Position numbers and translations under genes: made by a program
Notes under the pieces: generated by a model
Database searches by the model: none
Told to the model about the DNA's origin: nothing
What the model saw: only the letters and a program-made list of their open reading frames with translations
Shown here: positions 57,858 to 64,000 of the stretch, one piece after another
Layout: every line of letters starts with the position of its first letter
Numbering within the stretch: the stretch's first letter is position 1
Assembly (NCBI GenBank): GCA_963733165.1
Contig: CAVTCD010000003.1
Span: 147,516 to 211,515 of the forward strand
Source: an uncultured Alphaproteobacteria bacterium
GTDB taxonomy: Bacteria > Pseudomonadota > Alphaproteobacteria > Rhizobiales > Xanthobacteraceae
Direction: 5' to 3'
Length of the DNA stretch: 64,000 bases

Positions 57858-59323
57858 ATGCAGCAAGTGAGCCGACGTTCGTTCCTCGCCGCCTCGGCCG
57901 CGTTTGCGGCGCGGCCGGCATTTGCCGCGACGCCGGCGCGCGGCTTCGGGTCCGGTCGACGTCGTGATCGTCGGCGCCGGCGCCGCCGGCATCGCCGCCG
58001 CGCGCAAGTTCGCCGCCGCCGGCCGGCGCTATGTCGTGATCGAAGCGACCGATCATGTCGGCGGCCGCTGCGTCACCGACACTAAAGAGCTTCGGCGTGC
58101 CTTACGATCGCGGCGCGCACTGGATCTACCTGCCCGACGTCAATCCGCTGACCAAGCTCACGCCGCACCGCGGCATCGACGTCTATCCGGCGCCGCAGAG
58201 CCAGAAGGTGCGCATCGGCCGCCGCTTTGCGCGCGAAGGCGAGCTCGAGGATTTTCTGACCGCGCAAGTGCGCGCCACCCGCGCCATCGACGATGTCGCG
58301 CGCAAGGCCGATGTTCCGTGCGAGCAGGTGGTGCCGGCCGATCTCGGCGACTGGCGCGCGACGGTCGAATTCGTGCTCGGCCCGTATAATTGCGCCAAGG
58401 ATCTGGCGCAGGTGTCGTCGTTCGATTTCGCCAAGGCGGCCGAGCGCAATGCGGCGGCGTTCTGCAAGCAGGGTTTTGGCGCGCTGCTCGCCGCGCTGGC
58501 GCAGGGACTCACGGTGCAGCTGTCGACGCCGGCGAAGTCGATCGACACGCGCAGCGGCGTCAGCGGTCGAGACGGCGAAGGGCACGATCAACGCCCGCAC
58601 CGCGATCGTCACCGTGCCGACCAATGTCGTCGCGTCCGGCGGCCTGAAATTCATTCCCGATCTCGGCCACCATCAGATCGACGCCTTCGGCCGCATGTCG
58701 CTCGGCAGCTACGACCACATCGCGCTCGAGCTCAACGGCAATCCGCTCGGGCTCGACAGCGACGATCTGGTTTTCGAGAAATCGGCCGACACGCATACCG
58801 CGGCGATCCTCGCCAATATTTCCGGCACGCCGCTGTGCACGATCGACGTCGCCGGCGCGTTCGGCCGCGATCTGTCGGCGCAAGGCGAAGCCGCGATGTT
58901 CGACTTCGCCGCCGATTGGCTGGCGAATCTTTACGGCGCCGAGATCAAAAACGCGATCGGCCGCAAGCACGCGACGCGCTGGAACGCCGATCCCTATGCG
59001 CTCGGCGCCTGGTCGGCCGCCGTGCCGGGCAGCCAATTCGCGCGCCGGCAATTTCTCGATCCGATCGCCGACAATGTCTGGTATGCCGGCGAAGCCGCGC
59101 ACGAAACATTGTGGGGCACGGTCGGCGGCGCCTGGGAATCCGGCGAGCGCGCCGCCGACGCGGTGTTGCGCCAGCTCGGCCCGCTCAAAGCCGCGCCGGC
59201 GGAGAGCCGAAGCCGCGCCGGCGCGCAAGCCGCAACGCGCGCGCGCCGAACAGCAAGAGCCCTGGCAGCGCGCCGCACCAATATTTTGGCGACACGCCCA
59301 GCATCATGCGGGAAGAACGGTAG
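57858..59323 (+). pseudogene. TAT-signal flavin-containing amine oxidase, about 4 frameshifts
   Basis: Pieces: MQQVSRRSFLAASAAFAARPAFA (twin-Arg signal) / VDVVIVGAGAAGIAAARKFAAAGRRYVVIEATDHVGGRCVTDTK / SFGVPYDRGAHWIY...LSTPAKSIDTRSGV / VETAKGTINARTAIVTVPTNV...NVWYAGEAAHETLWGTVGGAWESGERAA... The last frame change lets the gene stop at 59323, abutting pheT. Junctions near 57945, 58085, 58560 and 59205. Confidence 0.8.
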
Positions 59324-61744
59324 TTACTCCCGCAGCACGCCGCCGGTGCGCTTGTTGACCTCGCCGACGATTTTCGCCGCCAGCGCCTCGATCTCGGCAT
59401 CGGTCATGGTCTTGTCGCGCGGCTGGATCGTCACCGCGATGGCGATCGACTTGCGCCCCGGCGCGATGCCTTTGCCCTCGTAAACGTCGAACACGCTCAC
59501 GCCGGTAATGAGCTTGCGGTCGGCGGAGGCCGCCGCGCGCAAAATATCGGCGGCCTTCACATTGCGCTCGACCACGAAAGCGAAATCGCGCTCGACCGGC
59601 TGAAACGGCGACAGATCGAGCGCCGGTTTGGCGCGCGTCGCCCGCACTTTCGGCTCGGGGATGCGTTCCAGGATGACCTCGAAGGCGACCAGCGGGCCTT
59701 CGGCATCGAGCGCATCGAGCGCGTTCGGATGCAGCTCGCCGAAATAACCGAGCACGTTTTGCGGCCCAATCTGGATCGTTCCGGAGCGGCCGGGATGCAG
59801 CCAGGCCGGGCCGCCCGGCACCACTTGCAGCGCCGACGAAGGCGCGCCGGCCGCCGTCAGCACGGCGAGCGCGTCGGCTTTGGCGTCGAACGCGTCGACT
59901 TCGCCGTCGCGCTTTGACCAATGGCGGCCGATGCCGGACGGCTTTGCCAGCGCGCGGCGGATGCCGGCGGCGGCGGTAAACTGATCGGCCGGCTGATCGC
60001 CGCGAAAAATCTGGCCGACTTCGAACAGGCCGGTGTCGGCAAAGCCGCGGTCGGCGTTCTTTTGCGCGGCGGCGACGAGGCCGGGAATGAGGCTCGGCCG
60101 CATGTCGGACAGGTCCGCCGCGATCGGATTGGCGAGCGCCAGCGCCGCGCTGCCGCCGCCAAACAGTTCGGCGCGCGGCTTGGCGATGAACGACCAGGTC
60201 ACCGCTTCGACGAGGTTGCGCGCGGCCAGCGCGCGCTTGGCTTTGCGGGTTCGCGCCTGAAGCGGCGTCAGCACCGGCTTGCGCGCCGCCGCGCCGCGCG
60301 GAAACGGCGTCGGCGGCACGCGATCGACGCCGAGGATGCGCACCACTTCCTCGACGATATCGGCCTTGCCCGCCACGTCCGGTCGCCACGACGGCACCGC
60401 GACTTTCACCCGCTCGCCCTGGCCGGCGACGAAAAAGCCGAGCCGTTCGAGCACGCGGCGCAGCTCGGTGAGCGGCACGTCGATGCCGGCCAGCCGCTCG
60501 AGCTCGGACTGCGGAAAATCGACGATGCGTTCGGGCGGCTCGGCGCTGCCGGCGACCGTGACTTCCGACGGCGTGCCGCCGCACAAATCCATCACGATGC
60601 GGGTGGCGAGTTCGAGCCCCGGCAGCATGAAGGCCGGATCGACGCCGCGCTCGAAGCGATAACGCGCGTCGGAATTGATGCCGAGCTTGCGTCCGGTCTG
60701 CGCGATGTTGATCGGCTCCCACAAGGCCAATTCGATCAGCACGTCGGTGGTGGTTTCCGAGCAGCCGGTCTTTTCGCCGCCCATGATGCCGGACAGCGAC
60801 TCGACGCCGTCCGCGTCGGCGATGACGCAGACCGCCTCGTCGAGCGTATAGGTCTTGCCGTCGAGCGCCAGCAGCGTTTCGCCTTTTTGCGCGCGGCGGA
60901 CCGTAAGGTCGCCATGCACTTTGGCGGCATCGAACACGTGCAGCGGCCGGCCGCGATCGTAGGTGATGAAGTTGGTGATATCGACCAGCGCATTGATCGG
61001 GCGCAAGCCGATCGCGGTCAGCCGCTTTTGCAGCCAATCCGGCGACGGGCCGTTCTTGACGCCGCGTACCAGACGCAAACCGAACGCCGGGCATAACGAC
61101 GGCGTGGCGCCGAAGTCGAGCGTCACCCGCACCGGACAGGGAAATTCGCCCTTCACCGGCTTGATGGCTGTGTCCTTGAACTTGCCCATGTCGGCGGCGG
61201 CGAGGTCGCGCGCGATGCCGTGCACGCCGGTGGCGTCGCCACGGTTCGGCGTCAGATTGATCTCGAGCACCGGATCGTCGAGGCCGGCGAATTTGGCGTA
61301 AGGCTCGCCGACCGGCGCGTCGTCCGGCAGCTCGATGATTCCCTCGTGGTCGGCGGAGATTTGCAGCTCGAATTCCGACACCAGCATGCCGCGGCTTTCG
61401 ACATCGCGGATTTTGCCGACGCCGAGCGTGATGTTTTTGCCGGGAATGAAGGCGCCGACCGGCGCGAATACGCCTTTCATGCCGGTGCGCGCATTCGGCG
61501 CGCCGCACACGACCTGGATCGGCTTGCCGTCGCCGGTATCGACCATGCAAACCCGCAGCCGATCCGCGTTGGGATGCTGCTTGGCTTCGGTGACGCGGGC
61601 GATGACGAACGGCGCGAACTGCTTGGCCTTGTCCTCGATGCGCTCGACCTCGAGCCCGATCATGGTGAGCTTGTCGGCGATTTCGCCGAGCGAATGGTCG
61701 GTGTCGAGATGCTCTTTGAGCCAGGTGAGGGTGAATTTCATCAT
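59324..61744 (-). CDS. pheT: phenylalanine--tRNA ligase beta subunit
   Basis: ORF track, 806 aa. [14 protein letters not shown] is the typical PheT N-terminus. Confidence 0.95.
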   Translation of the reverse strand: MMKFTLTWLKEHLDTDHSLGEIADKLTMIGLEVERIEDKAKQFAPFVIARVTEAKQHPNADRLRVCMVDTGDGKPIQVVCGAPNARTGMKGVFAPVGAFIPGKNITLGVGKIRDVESRGMLVSEFELQISADHEGIIELPDDAPVGEPYAKFAGLDDPVLEINLTPNRGDATGVHGIARDLAAADMGKFKDTAIKPVKGEFPCPVRVTLDFGATPSLCPAFGLRLVRGVKNGPSPDWLQKRLTAIGLRPINALVDITNFITYDRGRPLHVFDAAKVHGDLTVRRAQKGETLLALDGKTYTLDEAVCVIADADGVESLSGIMGGEKTGCSETTTDVLIELALWEPINIAQTGRKLGINSDARYRFERGVDPAFMLPGLELATRIVMDLCGGTPSEVTVAGSAEPPERIVDFPQSELERLAGIDVPLTELRRVLERLGFFVAGQGERVKVAVPSWRPDVAGKADIVEEVVRILGVDRVPPTPFPRGAAARKPVLTPLQARTRKAKRALAARNLVEAVTWSFIAKPRAELFGGGSAALALANPIAADLSDMRPSLIPGLVAAAQKNADRGFADTGLFEVGQIFRGDQPADQFTAAAGIRRALAKPSGIGRHWSKRDGEVDAFDAKADALAVLTAAGAPSSALQVVPGGPAWLHPGRSGTIQIGPQNVLGYFGELHPNALDALDAEGPLVAFEVILERIPEPKVRATRAKPALDLSPFQPVERDFAFVVERNVKAADILRAAASADRKLITGVSVFDVYEGKGIAPGRKSIAIAVTIQPRDKTMTDAEIEALAAKIVGEVNKRTGGVLRE

Positions 61745-61748
61745 GGCT

Positions 61749-62831
61749 TCAGGGGCTTAATCCCCCCGCCAGCGTCGGGAAATCGAGCGGGCGGAAGCCG
61801 TAATGCGACAGCCAGCGCACATCGGCTTCGAAGAAGGCGCGCAAATCCGGCATCCCGTATTTGAGCATGGCGATGCGGTCGATCCCCATGCCCCAGGCAA
61901 AGCCCTGATATTCGTCGGGATCGAGCCCGCAATTCTTCAGCACGTTCGGATGCACCATGCCGCAGCCGAGAATCTCCATCCAGTCGTCGCCTTCGCCGAA
62001 GCGGATTTCGCCTTTGTCGCGGCGGCACTGAATGTCGACTTCGAGCGACGGCTCGGTGAACGGAAAAAACGACGGCCGGAACCGCATACCGACGCGATCG
62101 ACCTCGAAGAACGCCTTGAAGAATTCTTCCAGGATCCACTTGAGGTGGCCGAGATGCGACGTCTTGTCGATGACGAGACCCTCGACCTGGTGGAACATCG
62201 GCGTATGGGTCTGGTCACTGTCGCTGCGATAGGTGCGGCCAGGAATAATGACGCGGATCGGCGGCTTCTTGGTCAGCATGGTGCGCACCTGCACCGGCGA
62301 GGTGTGGGTGCGCAGCAGAAGTCGTGTGCCGTCCGGCTTCGGATTGAAGAAGAACGTATCCTGCATGTCGCGCGCCGGATGGTCCGGCGGAAAATTGAGC
62401 TTGGTGAAGTTGTAGTCGTCGGTCTCGATGTCGGGGCCTTCGGCCACCGCGAAGCCCATATCGGCGAAGATCGCGGTCAACTCGTCGATCACTTGCGTAA
62501 TCGGATGGACGCGGCCGATTTCGAACGGCGCTTCGCGCACCGGCAGCGTGACGTCGACGCTTTCGGTGTTGAGCCGCGCGGTGAGCGCCGCGTCCTTGAT
62601 CTCGTCGCGGCGCGCGGCGAGCGCGGCGTTGACGCGATCCTTCAGCCCGTTGATCAGCGGCCCGTGGGTCTTGCGTTCCTCGGGCGGCAGCGTGCCGAGG
62701 GTCTTCAGCAGCGCCGTGATCGAGCCGCTCTTGCCCAAAGCCGAAACCCGCACCGCTTCGATCGCGGCCTCGTCGCCCGCGCCCGCGATCTCGGCGAGGA
62801 TTTCGTTTTCAAGCTGGGCGGTGTCGGCCAT
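61749..62831 (-). CDS. pheS: phenylalanine--tRNA ligase alpha subunit
   Basis: ORF track, 360 aa. Class II motifs [12 protein letters not shown] and [10 protein letters not shown]. Confidence 0.95.
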   Translation of the reverse strand: MADTAQLENEILAEIAGAGDEAAIEAVRVSALGKSGSITALLKTLGTLPPEERKTHGPLINGLKDRVNAALAARRDEIKDAALTARLNTESVDVTLPVREAPFEIGRVHPITQVIDELTAIFADMGFAVAEGPDIETDDYNFTKLNFPPDHPARDMQDTFFFNPKPDGTRLLLRTHTSPVQVRTMLTKKPPIRVIIPGRTYRSDSDQTHTPMFHQVEGLVIDKTSHLGHLKWILEEFFKAFFEVDRVGMRFRPSFFPFTEPSLEVDIQCRRDKGEIRFGEGDDWMEILGCGMVHPNVLKNCGLDPDEYQGFAWGMGIDRIAMLKYGMPDLRAFFEADVRWLSHYGFRPLDFPTLAGGLSP

Positions 62832-62852
62832 CGCTGTAGCGTTTCTGTTGCC

Positions 62853-63353
62853 TCAATCCGGCAGGAACGGCAGGTCGGTATCGGACGGACGGCCGCCGGC
62901 CTGGGTGAGCATGCCGTGGACCTGACCGCGGTGATGGGTCTGGTGATTGAACATATGGGTGACCAAGACCCAGCGCGGCCGCGTCCATTCGCGCTTGGTG
63001 GCGCCGGAATAATAGGTCTGGTCGGCGGCGAGCCAGCCGTCGCCGATGGTATCCGCCCAAGCGACGATCTTACCGTCAAAAGCGGCGCGCTCGGATTTCA
63101 GGTTTTCCCAATCCGGATAGAGCGTGCCGGATTCCGGAATGCCCACTGTCGGCCGCGGCAGATCGGTGAAGCGGCTCATCCAGCTATGATCGGCCCAAAG
63201 GATGTGGCTCAGCGTCTTGTGGATGGAGCCGAACCAGGCGCCCCGCTCCTGCCGCCGTTCGGCATCGGACAGCCGGTCGGCGACGCCGTACAGGTTTTCA
63301 TTCTGCCAGCGATTGTAGCGCGCCATTCGCTGTGCATAAGCGCGGTCGATCAT
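62853..63353 (-). CDS. DinB family protein
   Basis: ORF track, 166 aa. Contains YNRWQN, HILWAD and the FNHQTHHRGQ His triad. Confidence 0.8.
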   Translation of the reverse strand: MIDRAYAQRMARYNRWQNENLYGVADRLSDAERRQERGAWFGSIHKTLSHILWADHSWMSRFTDLPRPTVGIPESGTLYPDWENLKSERAAFDGKIVAWADTIGDGWLAADQTYYSGATKREWTRPRWVLVTHMFNHQTHHRGQVHGMLTQAGGRPSDTDLPFLPD

Positions 63354-63362
63354 GGCACGCTC

Positions 63363-63722
63363 TCACGCCGCTAGCGCGGACTTGGCCTGACCGACGATCG
63401 CTTCGAATGCCGCCGGCTCGGTGATGGCGAGGTCCGAGAGCACTTTGCGGTCGACCACGATGCCGGCCTTGGCCAGCCCGGCGATGAAACGGCTGTAATT
63501 AAGCCCGAACGGCCGCACCGCGGCGTTGAGTCGCTGGATCCACAGCGCGCGGAAGGTCCGCTTGCGCCGCTTGCGGTCGCGATAGGCATATTGGTTCGCC
63601 TTCTCCACCGCCTGCTTGGCGATGCGGATGGTGTTCTTGCGCCGGCCGTAATAGCCTTTGGCCGCCTTGAGCACCTTTTTATGCTTGGCATGAGAGGTGA
63701 CGCCGCGCTTGACGCGTGCCAT
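63363..63722 (-). CDS. rplT: 50S ribosomal protein L20
   Basis: ORF track, 119 aa. [19 protein letters not shown]. Confidence 0.95.
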   Translation of the reverse strand: MARVKRGVTSHAKHKKVLKAAKGYYGRRKNTIRIAKQAVEKANQYAYRDRKRRKRTFRALWIQRLNAAVRPFGLNYSRFIAGLAKAGIVVDRKVLSDLAITEPAAFEAIVGQAKSALAA

Positions 63723-63780
63723 GACTTTTCTCCTTCACAATCGGACGCTTGGAAAAACGAATGCCGAAACCGGCCGGTCT

Positions 63781-63981
63781 CTAGCCGTTCGGCAAAAAGT
63801 ACTTCTTAATCTTGTCGCCGTCGGTCTTGAACATCACGTTGGTGCCGCGCAACTGGCGGATTTGCTTTTTGGTGCGCTTGATCATGCCGTGGCGCTTGCG
63901 CGACTGCGCATAGAGGACCTTTCCGGACCCCGTCACCTTGAAGCGCTTTTTGGCGCCCGACTTGGTCTTGATCTTGGGCAT
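63781..63981 (-). CDS. rpmI: 50S ribosomal protein L35
   Basis: ORF track, 66 aa. [21 protein letters not shown]. Confidence 0.95.
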   Translation of the reverse strand: MPKIKTKSGAKKRFKVTGSGKVLYAQSRKRHGMIKRTKKQIRQLRGTNVMFKTDGDKIKKYFLPNG

Positions 63982-64000
63982 TTGGCTCTCCTTTGGCCGC

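Noticed and set aside
50021-59323. Programmed ribosomal frameshifting or transcriptional slippage as the cause of the split genes.
   Set aside because: There are too many events per gene (up to 6-7). I saw no shared slippery heptamer or stimulatory structure at the junctions, and the affected genes are unrelated.

Overview
High-GC (mid-60s % by eye) alphaproteobacterial chromosome segment. Gene order and the REP-type palindromes that translate as PAFAGMT or PAKAGIQ suggest a Bradyrhizobiaceae-like member of the Hyphomicrobiales (inference). Most of the window is housekeeping: atpI-B-E-F2-F, an M16 peptidase and thrC, SURF1-DUF983-ctaE-ctaG-(57 aa)-ctaB-ctaD-ctaC, tldD, dcd, metZ, apaG, hslO, argF-argD, gcrA, phoB-phoU-pstBACS-phoR, and pheST-rplT-rpmI. 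Accessory genes include an OpgC plus two SGNH hydrolase operon. There is a dehalogenase-like hydrolase, AhpD-like protein and UbiD decarboxylase neighbourhood. A small protein, an Asp-less receiver and a Crp regulator form one module. A DUF2778/Tlde1-like protein, an MBL-TauD-EthD-like operon and a low-GC SLT-like gene are also present. I found no rRNA, tRNA, CRISPR array, transposase, integrase or recognisable defence system. The most unusual signal is reading-frame disruption. All nine consecutive genes in 50.0-59.3 kb are split across frames, at about 24 junctions that are mostly +1. The roughly 45 genes elsewhere are intact apart from five or six isolated cases (RND adaptor, atpI stop loss, HAD, argD, flippase-like). 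From sequence alone I cannot tell whether this is local assembly indel error or real gene decay, so the findings give arguments both ways. Other leads are a SAM-II-like leader with an intrinsic terminator upstream of metZ and a Pho box upstream of pstS. There are also head-to-head REP pairs, two larger palindromic intergenic elements, in-frame tandem repeats in signal peptides, and a 41-aa secreted peptide gene missing from the ORF track. All family names come from reading motifs by eye; no database search was run.
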